Assembly: GCA_013265495.1 (NCBI GenBank)
Contig: MU058213.1
Span: forward strand, 310,001 to 374,000
Length of the DNA: 64,000 nucleotides
Direction of reading: 5' to 3'
From: Vicugna vicugna
Lineage: Eukaryota
Positions 14,040-25,431 of this stretch are shown piece by piece (within the stretch, counting starts at the first letter, position 1; the number at the start of each line of letters is the position of its first letter). A program made the position numbers and the translations under genes. The notes beneath the pieces are model-generated. The model made no database searches. It was not told the DNA's origin and saw only the letters and a program-made list of their open reading frames with translations.

Positions 14040-15245
14040 TTAACACCACACGCTCCAGCGGCTCCTCGCTAACACAGCGGGCAGGGGGAGCCAGGCGCAG
14101 CATCGCCTCCCGGCTAGACAAGACCTAGTCTCTGCGCTCCAGGCCGAGAGCAGGTGCGAAACGGACGCTCTGGGGTTTCAGCGACTGCAACCATCTTCCT
14201 CCACCACAGACCCGGGGCCATTCTAGGAGAGGAACCTTCCAATCCAGTCACCCTCCAGGGCCCGTTTGCTGAGGGCGGACAGTGCGGTGGAGTCCTAATC
14301 CCTTCCCCTGACGGGTAATTTCCACCAGGAGCCGGAGAACTTACAGTCCCACGGCCTGCCCCCCTAAATAGGGGTGCAAAGGGGACCCGGGTGGGGCCCG
14401 CCTACAGCTCGCAGCCTCCCGGAGAGGCGTGGGCCCGGGACAGGGGGTCTCGGCCCCCGCGTCGGGACCCGGTCTTTCCCTCTTGGGCTCCCGGACACTG
14501 CTCACCGTGAAAGGGACATCCCCGACGCTGCCCACGGAGTAGCAGTTGTCTCCAGGGTTGACAGCCCCGGTGAGGACCTGATGCAGATGCATCTCCGGAG
14601 CCGGGGCTGGCCAGGGGAATGCGCGAGAGGCGCAACAATCCGCGCGCCCGGCCCTTCTCCGGCCGCCTGAGCGCTTCCCGCTCCGCCTCCCTCGGGACCC
14701 ACCCCGCAGCGGCTCCGGCTTAAGGCCTCGCCCCCCTCTCGCCTTCCCCCCGCCTCGTCCCTGCCATGGGAGCTCCTCGACCGCCGCCGCCGCCGCCGCT
14801 CGGCTGAGGAAATGCCCGGATGCTCCCACAGCGTGCTGCACCGGCGCAGAAATGCGGGAGGAGGGCAAGGGTGCGTGTGAGGCGGGGGGAGAAGGGGCGC
14901 CGGGGGAGTGCGCGAGCCGGGCGCGTGCTGGAAGGGACGTTCCGCCCGGGGGAGACGCGAGCGTCTGTGGAGAGGAGGGTAAACCCCTCCTCCCGCTGTG
15001 AAGCCCTTAGCTCAGTCCTTCTCCCCCCCTCCCGGCGTTTGCGCGTGCGCGCGCACTGGTTTCCAGGGCAATTGCGCGCGCCGCGCGGACCCTTGTCCCG
15101 CGATTGCGCGCGCAGACGTGCGGGAGTTCCCTTGGAGCCTCCCGGCTGGGGCCGCTGGGGGCGGCGCGGGGGAGGCCGCGGGGCGGGGCTAGGCCGCTCG
15201 GGGCCACGCAGTTGTCCCACTGTGGGGGCGCACCGCCTGGCTGTT
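14040..15245. promoter_or_regulatory. CpG island / DMXL2 promoter and 5' UTR
   Basis: Very GC- and CpG-rich against an AT-rich background. Contains an NRF1-consensus CGCGCACGCGCA (minus, 15040-15051), a GC box GGGGCGGGGC (15180-15189) and a (CCG)6 tract (14781-14798). Confidence 0.92.
14506..14592 (-). CDS. DMXL2: DMXL2 (rabconnectin-3 alpha) first coding exon, MHLHQVLTGAVNPGDNCYSVGSVGDVPFT; gene continues beyond the left edge
   Basis: 87-nt reading frame from ATG at 14592 matches the recalled DMXL2 N-terminus. It ends at a canonical donor ACG|GTGAG (GT at 14505-14504), lies in a CpG island and is adjacent to SCG3 as in the human locus. Confidence 0.96.
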
Positions 15246-15698
15246 TTGCTGAGTTTTTAATCCATTCCCAAGTACACTGCGTGATGGTCAATGTCGTTGA
15301 CCTCAGGAGGACACCCTTCACTGGGAGATTACACCTTGGAAAATTTTAGGGCTTTTTCAAAGTACAGCGCAGAAATTTTATTTTTCGTAAACAAGAAAGG
15401 CATCTTGTAACTGTTTAGAGAAGTACTCCCCTGACAGCAAATTATTTTGTACCACCTTTTGTCATGGTTGTTCTAGACAGCGAATGAGCCCCCTAGAACG
15501 AGTTGATTCCTCTAGACTTTTTTTATGCATAATGGCATGGATTCTAACATAATCGATTGATTTTTCCAGACTGCTAGATACAGGGATCAGAATCCTGCTT
15601 CAGGTTAATTCATCAAGAGGTTCTGAGCCTATACTGTGTGTGACTGAGTCACTGGGGCAAGAAAGTAGAAGAGACCAAGACACGACTATCTATAAAAC

Positions 15699-16103
15699 TG
15701 TTAGGCAGTTTAGACAGAAATGAGCACTGGGCAACGGGAGATGAAGGGGAAAGGAACAATCCAGAACACAGGGAACCTGAGCTGTCAATTAACCAGAGCA
15801 CAAGGAACCTGAGCTGTCAATCAGCCAGAGCACAGGGAACCTGAGTTGTCAATCAATCAATCAATCAATCAATCACTCAGGAAACCAGGATATAAAAACA
15901 GGAAAAACAAAGGAACCGTGCCATTTTTCCTCTCTTGAACTGGCCCTCTCCCAATTCTCAGGAGTGTACTATCTTTTACTATTTCTTTTTTTATTTCACT
16001 AATAAAAATCTTGCTTATATCATGCTTTTTGTCTCTCGTCAAAAATCTTTTTTTCGGGTGACTAAGAACCAAGGTAATTTTTATTTTCCTTTTCCCAGTA
16101 ACA
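15699..16103 (+). mobile_element. Solo LTR (ERV1-type), copy A
   Basis: TGTTA...TAACA termini, 4-bp TSD AAAC (15695-15698 / 16104-16107), TATAAAA and AATAAA, three 32-bp U3 repeats. Confidence 0.9.
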
Positions 16104-18917
16104 AAACCAGGCAGAACGCCAAAAGTGTTAGGTTTGAGACACAAAAGTCAATGCACGACAGGAAAGGAAGAATACTTTTGACTAAGGGAAGGAGTAAAGC
16201 GTCATGGAGAGGCTGACATGAACACAGTAGAATTTTGGCAGGCTGAGATGGACAAGAAACACTGCATTCAAATAGGGAAAATAGCCTGAAGAAATTCTGC
16301 TTTATCAATAAACCCTATACCAAGGGAAAAAAAGAGACAAAGGAAGGAAGGAAGGAGAGAGAGAGAAAAAAGAAGGAAAGAAGAGCTTCAGCTAAGGCTT
16401 AGAAGTGTAAAATGACAGGATGTGTTCGAGGAACACAGATTAGATTCATGTTTAAAAGCTGGCGATATATATGATGGGGAAATGGTAGTTAACAAGAGAG
16501 AAAGGTATCCAAGAGGTAGCCTGTGGCTAGCCTGTACGTGTAGAGTCTTGAAAATTCCACTAAAAAAGCTTAGATTTCATTCTAGCTGCAGTGGGGAATC
16601 CTTCCCATGTTTCTGAGCAGGTATGTATACGATCAGAGCTGCTTTAGGAAGAGGATTTTGTAGCCAGTTTAGGATAATTAGAAGGGTGGGGAAGACTGGA
16701 GGCAAAGACTTGGCAGCATTTGGTAATCTGTTCAGTGAAAAGGAGGAGGAAAAGATAATTCCCAATGACCTAGGGCATTTTCATTTTCATTTGGTGGCAT
16801 GACTGTTCCCCTCAGTCACCCAAACTAGAAACCGCAGAACCAATTTTGCCCCCATCTCTCCACATCCAAAGGTCTCTTTTTGAGGTCCCTAATTCATGCT
16901 CTTCATTATTCCTGCTGCCCTTTCTCTTAGTTTCAGACCTCATCATTTCTCATATAATTACCCTAAAACTCTTCTAACTGGTTTGACTGCCTTCCATCTC
17001 CTTGCTCTCCAATCCATACAGCTCTGCAGCCTGAGAGACCTTATTAAGGGAAAAATTCCTCTGCTTAAAATCTCCACTCCCTACAGCTTCTGCCTTATCT
17101 TGTTTTATCTCAGGCTGTTCCCTCACACCCACTACGTTCCAGCCCCACGGAGCTATTTGCTGTCTCCAGAGGATACTTTGTTCTTTTAAGCTTCCCTGTC
17201 TTAGTTCATGCTCTTTGCTCTGTCTGGAGTGCCCTCCTTCCCCTTTTTGACCTGATCAACCACAATTTAGTTTAAAAGTCACTTACTTGGTAAAACCTTT
17301 CTTGTCTATCCCCAAACACCGGGAAGCTTCTTCCTCCTGAAACACACATTATCACATAACAATCTAAGAATTGGCTTGTGTCTGTTTCTCCTTCTAGAGT
17401 CTTAGATATTTCAAGTCAGAATCGGTATCTCATTTTCTCTGCGTCCCCAGTGCCCGAATCATAGTACTTTATTTGCACTGACATACAAGATTTTAATGTG
17501 AATAGGAGCATCCAATTTTTTAAGAAAAATTATTCGAAAGTAACTTTCACTATACATGTATTTATTTGTGTGTGTGTGTGAAAGTGTTTAAATGATTTTC
17601 AGTGGTTTTGTGGAAGGAAATAATTCATGCTAATGTTAATATAGTATACTATGTACAGTATATTGGATTACAGGAAATCACAGTTTCTGTATATTTAATT
17701 GTATAGTACTAACTGTGAATAAAGTTACTAAACCATATAGCTTTAAAAATATTGTGAAAAGATAGCAGACAACAAAATTCACACACACAAAAAATGAAGC
17801 CCCATATGCATGAAGTACCATAAAGGCAAATACCAGTGCTGCACCTTGGTACCAGCAATTAAAATGCCACAGTATCAAATAAATTTGAGATAATTCCTAT
17901 ATATAGTATATATCAGTGAGTATTGGTATAAAACAAGCAGTTAAGTGTAATAGATTTTTTAAATTCCTTTTCAAGAAGGTTTAATACATGTAGACAAACC
18001 TTTCAGTAAAAACTGGAAAAAACATACAGCAAATTAATAGATTGCAAGAAATTCCAACATCATGTTCACATGTAAAGGTAGATATTTACTAAACATTAAT
18101 ACACATTGAATAACAGAAAAAAATGCATATGTGTTATAGGAGCTAGTGTTTTAGTGAATAGCTGTATACCAAGAAATGAACACTGTTTCTAAGTGTCAAT
18201 AAAGACCTTAATCTTCACCCTCAAAATTTAAATAGTTTCAAAGCTTGAAAAACCATTGCTACTACTGGATTTTAGGTGAATCTCTTAGTCTTCAACTTTC
18301 ACTGCATTAGAAACTGAGTCAAAACCATTATCAAACAAGAAGTTGTACTTAGATTGTCAAGAGCATTTTTAATTCCGCATTATTTAAGCCATCTCACAAC
18401 TGACTCTCGTTTTACAACATTCCATGAAGTTTTGGCCCATTCACACAAGTGTGAAATTGGAGGCCTCTTCCTTCTTCCTTTTGGTATCAACTTGAAATCT
18501 AAAGATTTCATCCACCTGTTCCTCTCTTCCCTCATGAATCCTTTAAATGACTTCATGAATCCTTTAAATGACCCATAAAGCGACATCTCAAGGTTGCAAC
18601 TGGCTAGTTACATCTTCTGGAATTACAGCCAAGGTTTTTATTGTCTGGTCTGATCAACCAAAACTCATTCCAGACTAATACAGCAAGTTTCCTTTATAGC
18701 CCACCCACTAGGACAGCTGTACCACATTTTAACTGTCCACAGTCGTTTCTTCCTTGTTTATCCAACTTCTTTTGCATGGACCTAAAAACAAAATGGGGAT
18801 TCTTTCTTCTGATCTGGAAATGCCTTTCTTTTAAAGATTGAAAAAGCATCAGTTTTGTATCATTAACAAAGCATACCAGTGCAACCGTAAGGTAAACTTC
18901 TCATGTCCACAAGTTTT

Positions 18918-19556
18918 TGTTTTTGACTGAGGTGTAATTGACATATAACATCATATTAGTTTCAGGTGTACAACATGATTCAATATTTATATATATTGTA
19001 AAATTGTTAGGTAGTTTAGATAGAAATGAGCACTGGGCAGGGGGAGAGGATGGGGAAAGGGACAATCTAGAACACAAGGAACATGAGCTGTCAATCAACC
19101 AGAGCGCAGGGAATCTGCGTTATCTATCAATCAATCAATCAATCAATCAATCAGGAAACCAGGATATAAAAACAGGAAAAACAAAGGAATGGCGCCATTT
19201 TTCCTCTCTTGGTTTGGCTCACTCCCCATTCTCGGGAGTGTACTATATTTCACTATTTTTTTATTTCACTAATAAAAATCTTGCTTATATCATGCTTTTT
19301 GTCTCTCGTCAAAAATTCTTCTTTTTCGGTGACTAAGAACTGAGCTAATTCTTATTTTCCTTTTCCCAGTAACAAAATCAACACCATATAAGTCTAGTTG
19401 ACATCTATGACTTCACAGTTACAAAAAATTTTTTCTTGTGATGAGAATTTAAGATCCAGTCTCTTAGCAACTTCAAATATGCAATACAGTATTGTTAACT
19501 GCAGTCACTATGCAGTATATTGCATCTCCATTACTTCTTTATTTTATAACTGGAAA
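18918..19556 (-). mobile_element. 5'-truncated L1 3' end, interrupted by solo LTR copy B
   Basis: L1 3' UTR text (gtgtaattgacatataaca...tttcaggtgtacaacatgattc). Degenerate TSD TCCACAAGTTTT (18906-18917) / TCTACATGTTTT (19557-19568). Confidence 0.82.
19005..19374 (+). mobile_element. Solo LTR (ERV1-type), copy B, same family as 15699-16103, inserted in an L1
   Basis: TGTTA...TAACA termini, 4-bp TSD AAAT (19001-19004 / 19375-19378), alignable to copy A over its full length. Confidence 0.9.
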
Positions 19557-19684
19557 TCTACATGTTTTATTAGTAACAAATATTGTACCTTTGTGGTTGG
19601 GTTTAATGGAACACTGGATGTCTAAGGTACTTAGTTTCCCAGAAGTAATTACGTACTCCTGTGTACTAGTTACCTATTACTATA

Positions 19685-19842
19685 CATAATATTGTACATA
19701 TACAAATTACCCCAAAACTTAGCAGCTAAGATCAACAATAAATATACAGTTTCTGTACATCAAGAAATCAGTAGTGGCTTAGTTGGGAAGTTCTGGTTCT
19801 GAGTGTCTCAAAATGTCAGCCAGATACTGAAAAAAGAAGCTA

Positions 19843-19878
<36 letters not shown>

Positions 19879-20525
19879 TATTGCATGATTCCATTTAGAT
19901 TAAGTTTTCTGAAAAGGCAAATCTATAGACATTGAAAATAGATTAGTGGTTGCCCCAAGGCAGGTGGTGTAATGGGAAGTAACTGCTAATGGGCATGGGG
20001 TTTCTTTTGGCATAATGAAAATATTCTAAAATTAAATTGTGGTCATGGTTGTGCAACTCTGTGAAGTTACTAGAAATCATTGAATTGTACATTTAGAATT
20101 AGTGAATTTTATGGTAAATTGTAACCTCAATTAAGCTATCTAAAAAGGAAAATGTCAGCCATGGCCATAGTCATCTGAAGGCCTAAGACTAAAGGACCTG
20201 CTCCCAAGACAGCACCCTCTCGTGGCTGACACATTGATCCAGGTGGCTGGGTGGAGGCCTCAGTTTCTCACTACGTGGTCCTCTCCCTACTGCTGCAAAA
20301 TATAGCAGCTGGCTTCCCCAAGAGCCAATGCTCCAAGAGAGAGACCAAGGTAGAAACTGCAATGCCTTTTATAACCTGGCCTCAGAAGTCACATGCCATC
20401 ACTTATACCATATTTTATTAGATGCACAGGCCAGCCACGGTTTAATGTGGGAGAGTATTTCCCAAGAGAGTGAATACTAGGAAATGAGAATCACTGGAAG
20501 CCCTCTTGGAACCTGACTACCACAC
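19685..20525 (-). mobile_element. MaLR (MLT1-like) LTR interrupted by a plus-strand L1MB-like fragment (19823-20148)
   Basis: MLT1-like motifs (aaattaccccaaaacttagcagct; cctcagaagtcaca). The insert is flanked by a perfect 13-bp TSD AAAATGTCAGCCA (19810-19822 / 20149-20161). Confidence 0.8.
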
Positions 20526-20737
20526 CATAGCACTCAAGGATTTTTATCTTCAGTGTTATCTTCAATGTTAAGGGGCTTCATTTGTGTCATTCTTATTCTT
20601 ACCTACAGAGATAACTGAAATTTCTACTCACAAATCTAGAGTGTTATGACGCTGCTCTTAGATATATCTATTATCAGTTCTTTATTGGCCAACGATCCAT
20701 AGGCTTTGTTTATTTATTTATTTTGAGGCATGAAGCC

Positions 20738-20884
20738 TTTTTTTTTCTTTTTTGGAGGGGGGGGTATTTAATTTAATTTATTTATTTTTACTTATTTATT
20801 TTTTTTAAATGGAGGTACTGGCAATTGAACCCAGGACCTTGTACATGCCAAGCATGCACTCTACCACTGAGCTATACCCTCCCC
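20738..20884 (-). mobile_element. tRNA-derived camelid SINE (vic-1-like)
   Basis: Reverse complement reads GGGGAGGGTATAGCTCAGTGGTAGAG...CCTGGGTTCAAT with A/B boxes and an A-rich tail. Confidence 0.85.
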
Positions 20885-21169
20885 TCCATATATTTTAAAT
20901 ACTGAATTTCCCAAGTGAGTTCATCTGTTTGTTTGAGGGGTTTTAAATGTTTCCTCTAGTTGTGAAGGCCAGGGCTTTCCTACAGATGTCTTACACTCTA
21001 AGTTGCTATTTTCTTTTGTTGATAGCGATGAAAGTCCTGACTCCTTATTCCATTTTGCAGAGTAATTAACACTAAGCCTGAAACTGATGTAGTAGGCCTT
21101 CATTGCTTTTGAGTCACAAGCTATAGTGGTAATGTATTTTAATCTAAAAGTAGCAAGGAAATGACCCCA

Positions 21170-21499
21170 TTTAAGTTATCTATTGTTGTGTAACAAACCT
21201 CTCCGAAACTGAGTGGCTTAAAACAATGATTCTTTCTTATGCTCTGTAGATTGGGTGGGGAGTTCCTCCGCTGGTTTCACTTAGACTCACTCATGCAGCT
21301 GCACCCATTGGGTAACCTTCTAGTCTTGAAGGTTACACACAGAGTTACTTCTACTATCTTGGTCAAAACAAGTCACAGGGTCAGCACAGATTCAAGGGCT
21401 AGCAAAATAAATTCCACCTTTCGATGGAACAAAACAGCCACATTGCAAAGAGTTACAGGAGGAAATGTCATAGCCATCTTTGCAAACGGTTTTTGTCAC
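21170..21499 (-). mobile_element. MaLR (MLT1-like) LTR
   Basis: tattgttgtgtaacaaac...agtggcttaaaacaa motif; ends ...tcaca. Confidence 0.7.
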
Positions 21500-23554
21500 A
21501 GGCCCAAACTCTACCTCTGATCATCTCTATGGCCTCTGATTTGTTGTTTTTGCTTTGTTTGAATTAAGAATACCACTTATAGGATAGGAAGATGTATGCA
21601 TTTGCTCTGATGTCTTTCTCTGCTACAGGCAGCATCAAATTACTGTCTTCTTAGTGACTAAGCCTCAGAATCTTAGCTATTTAACTCATACTTCATGTCT
21701 TTAATTCTTTATCTCTAATATAGATGCATTAAACACAGGGCAATTTTTAAATACTTTTTTGAAGGGCAGGGATGAATGTTTATGAATATTATAAGCAGGT
21801 GAATAAGATAAGTTTTGATCTAGTTGGATTCTTTTATTGCTGGGATCTGAGACTGCTTATCTTAGAGGAATTGTAGCAAATGGTTCATTTCTTCCCAGGC
21901 AATATTTATGATTGTACTGCGAAAAAATGCTCTACAAATATAACTGGTTTCCTTAAATATCAATGTTTCATAAGCTCACTTGAATGAGAGTTTAAGTGGA
22001 AACTATTTTTTTTAATATTTTGTCATTTAAATAATTATTTAGAGTAGACCAGATATGATATGAACTGACCCCTGCTTATCTTTCCAATTTCATCCAATTT
22101 CATCCTCCTGACCTCTACGTATATGTTACAACCACACTGAAGTCCTAGTAATGCCTTTGATCTTTCAGGCCTCTAGAAGCTGGCTACTTCGCCCACCTAG
22201 AAACTCCCTTACCACAATCACCACACCACCACCATCACGCCCTCTGCCTGATTAATTTCTGTTCTTCCTTAAAGACTCAGTTCAGAAGCTCCCAGCTCTG
22301 TAGGGCTGTGCCCGTTGTGAATTACTCATTTGTTATACATTCCTCCTACAGGTGTTCCATTCCTTTATCTGTCCAGAGGGCAGAGGCTGTGTCTTGATGG
22401 CAATTGCTGACTGCCTTCTCCATAATCTGTTTTCTCCTCATTAGAATCTCCAGTTTTTAGCTAGGAAGTAAATGCCCACATCTCCCAGCCAGCCACCGTG
22501 CTATTTGGTCACGTGGTTAAGTTCTGACAAATGAGATGTTAGCTGAAGATGAGATGTACAGCAGTTTCTGGAAATTTTCCTTAAAAGGTAGATATCATAC
22601 CCTTTTTTTTTTCAATTAAAAAATTTCTGACTTTATTCTCTTCAACTTTTATTTAGCTCCTTTAATTCTTTTTTTTCTAATTAAAGTATAGTTGATTTGC
22701 AATGTTGTGCTAGTTTCTGGTGTGCAGAATAGTGGTTCAGTTATATATATATATATATATACATTATTTTTCATTTTCTTTTTCATTATAGGCTGTTATA
22801 AGCTATTGAATGTAGTTCCATATGCTATACAGTAGGACCTTGTTTTTTCCTTTATGCCTTACTTTATGCCTTACTCCTTCCTTCCTCTATTCTGTTTCCC
22901 TGGAATATAGATGTGATGGCTGGAGCTCCATCTTGGAACATGAAGATGAGGCTCAACCCCAGGAATGGCAGAGTTGAGAGTTGGAAGCTTTCCTCTGGGC
23001 CCCAGACAGCTGTGGAGCCCTCTTACCAGTCTTAGGATTTTTACATGAGAGAGAAATGAACTTCTGTCTTGTTTAAGCAACTATTTTTTGTGTCTCTGTT
23101 AGAATTGTGTCTAATCCTAACTTATATTTTTAGCTTTTTTTTTTAATTCCTAAAGCCTGAAACACAGTAGGAACTCAAGAAATGTTTATTAAGCCAAGTA
23201 GTTATGAACTGTATTGGGAGTACATTATGTAAATTGAGTTTGTAAAAATATCACAAATATTTTAGAACTCACATATCTTCCCAAGGCCTCAAAAACAAAA
23301 TACTCCATCCTGTGGGGAGGGGTAGATGGAGGTTGTGGGGATAGAGACTAGTGACACTGAGATAAGAGAGAAGGACTGAACAATAGTTGAAATTAGTTGC
23401 CAAAGCTTAGGTGTTGCCTGCTCAGTAGTACACAAACCATTCTATGCCTCTGGAGAAATGAATTAGTTTTGTTGGCATGGTGCTTGAGAAAATAAAATTT
23501 TAAATAGGGGGAAATAAATTAATCTGATTCTTGAGTTAGAGAATCAAATGAACT

Positions 23555-24249
23555 TGAGACAGGAGGGAAGGGCACAGCCATTAAAAAAAGGGCACAGCAA
23601 TTAGCACCAAGATGGTGGAAGATTCAACTCCTTGTTAAAACTCAAGTAGACCTTGAGCTTTAATATACACTCACTGAAATATAATAGCTTCTAAATAGTA
23701 CTCCCACAGGTGCCATAACAGTTTCAAGACTGACCATAAAAGGTAAAAAGTGGGTGATGGCCTATTTCCTGGGACTCCCAGCCCCTTCCCCAAAATAGTT
23801 GGGATAATCCTCCCACTAGTTAGCGTATGAAGTTACCACGCCCATAAAAACTAACAACCCCACACCTCATGGCTGATATCATTTTTCCAAGCCAACCCCA
23901 TGCTCTGAGTCCTCTGCTCAACCTTCTGAGTGAGATGGCCCACATTCTGCCTATGGAATGTGTATCTCCTAGGCCTTTCTCTTGCCTGTCTGTGGAGTAT
24001 GTATCTACTTTTCCTTTAACCCCCACCCCCACTGTCTTGTGGCCTCTCTGGCCTTCTGAGAGGGCCTACACTCGGTCTATGGAGTGTGCATCTCTTTGAA
24101 TAAATCTACTTTTACTTAACTGTGGCTCGCTCTTGAATTCTTTCCTTTGGGAAGCCAACGACCCTCACTTGATGGGGCACATCCCAGGGACTCACCTGGG
24201 ACCTGGGATATGGCCATTCTCTCATGCCCCATATTTTTTTCCTGAATCA
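23555..24249 (+). mobile_element. Solo LTR (ERV1-type), related to 28351-28890
   Basis: TG...CA ends, AATAAA near 24099, U5-like gaattctttc...gccaacgaccc; shares blocks such as ccccaaaatagttg..ataatcctcccact with the 28.4-kb LTR. No clean TSD. Confidence 0.8.
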
Positions 24250-24591
24250 GTTCTAAGGCTTATGCCTCTTAAGCAATGGGGACCAAAAGCAATCCCTAAG
24301 CTGACCCACCACAGCTACAGATTGTTTTGCCTGTAGTTTTTCCTTCCCTCTCTCTTCTACCCCCAGCTACAATTTCACCTCAATTCAACTCTTTCTTCAA
24401 ACCCTAGCTTAAAAATCACCTCCTCGGTGAAATCTTCCCTCCCCAGTGACAGCAAATAAATTGATCCCACCTTGTGTTCCCAAAAATCTTTGTGCCTCCA
24501 TTATAGGACTTACCATATTATTTCTAGTAAAGTATACTTTTTCAAAGAGCTAAAAGCACTACTCTCATTCAGATATGAAATGAAATTTTAC

Positions 24592-25431
24592 TGACACCGA
24601 GCATGACCTTGTGGATGCTCCCCCCAACCCCTGCCTCTTGTTTATAAAAAAGCTGAAGTCCCCCAGGCCTCCTTAAATCACAGAAGAGCAGGCTCAAGCA
24701 GCTGATTAGGGCAAGGCTCCAAGCCATTGGGGGATGGCAACAACTCTGATCACCTATCTCAGTGGTTAACTGAGATTACTCCCCTATTTCCGTTTAAAAT
24801 ATTCATGGCTGAACAAAATCTTTGGAGATGGCTTTGGGGGGGGATGCTGGTTCTACCAGATTGCAGGCTTTCTGGTTAAAAGCAGCTTTCCTTTTTGTTA
24901 TCAATTCTATTGCCCCCAGGATCATACCCCAGTCCCTCCCTTGGCTAGAAACCAATTACTCTTATCTAAGTCTCAGGAGGCAGCTGCAGAGGAGAAAGGA
25001 GAACTGGTTAGAACCAATGCCCAAGATGGTGGAGGATGTGACTTCCAGTGGATCTTGAGATTAGCATGCTAAATGGCACACCCACCAGCTCCACGACAGT
25101 TGACAATTACCATGACAACAACCATAAAAGGCCATATAAGGACTGAAAAGCTCATACAAGAATTGATTGGCTCCATCACATCTGGAAGGAGGACATGATG
25201 GTAGAAGCCTTCCACAAAAATCCACATGGTCCAACCCAGGTGAGAGCTGTCTCTACCGGTCATCTTAGCTGATGGCTCTCCGCACGCTTTCCTTTCATTT
25301 CCCCTTCTGAGCAATAAAGCATCTATTCACTTCATCCCTCTGCTGCTGCTGTGTGAATTCTTTCACAGCCAGTGGCAAGGACCCACATTTTGGTCGGCTT
25401 CCTAATTTAGGGGTCCCTCCGTCTGCTAACA
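24592..25431 (+). mobile_element. Solo LTR (ERV1-type), possibly composite
   Basis: TG...CA ends, TSD-like TTAC/GTAC, AATAAA near 25313, gaattctttc...gcaaggaccc U5 motif. Confidence 0.7.

Larger units (their letters stand above)
18290..19660 (-). mobile_element. Fossil TcMar (pogo/Tc2, Kanga-like) DDE transposase, split by an L1+LTR insertion at 18918-19556
   Basis: Minus-strand translation gives KGTIFVTNKTCGHEK..LTVALVCFVNDTKL and FKGFMREERNRWMK..PKGRRKRPPISHLCEWAKTSW, typical DDE_1 pogo/Tc2 motifs. Frameshifted. Confidence 0.8.

Noticed and set aside
14341..15349. Long overlapping ORFs (up to 175 aa) in the CpG island as novel genes
   Set aside because: These are Arg/Gly/Pro/Ala-rich products of stop-poor GC-rich DNA; only 14506-14592 matches a known protein.
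15761..15856. 32-bp direct repeats as a CRISPR array
   Set aside because: The repeats are contiguous with no unique spacers, sit inside an LTR in mammalian DNA, and no cas genes are present.
15699..19374. The two LTRs as 5' and 3' ends of one provirus
   Set aside because: Each has its own TSD pair, and the intervening DNA is older L2, transposon and L1 sequence without gag/pol.
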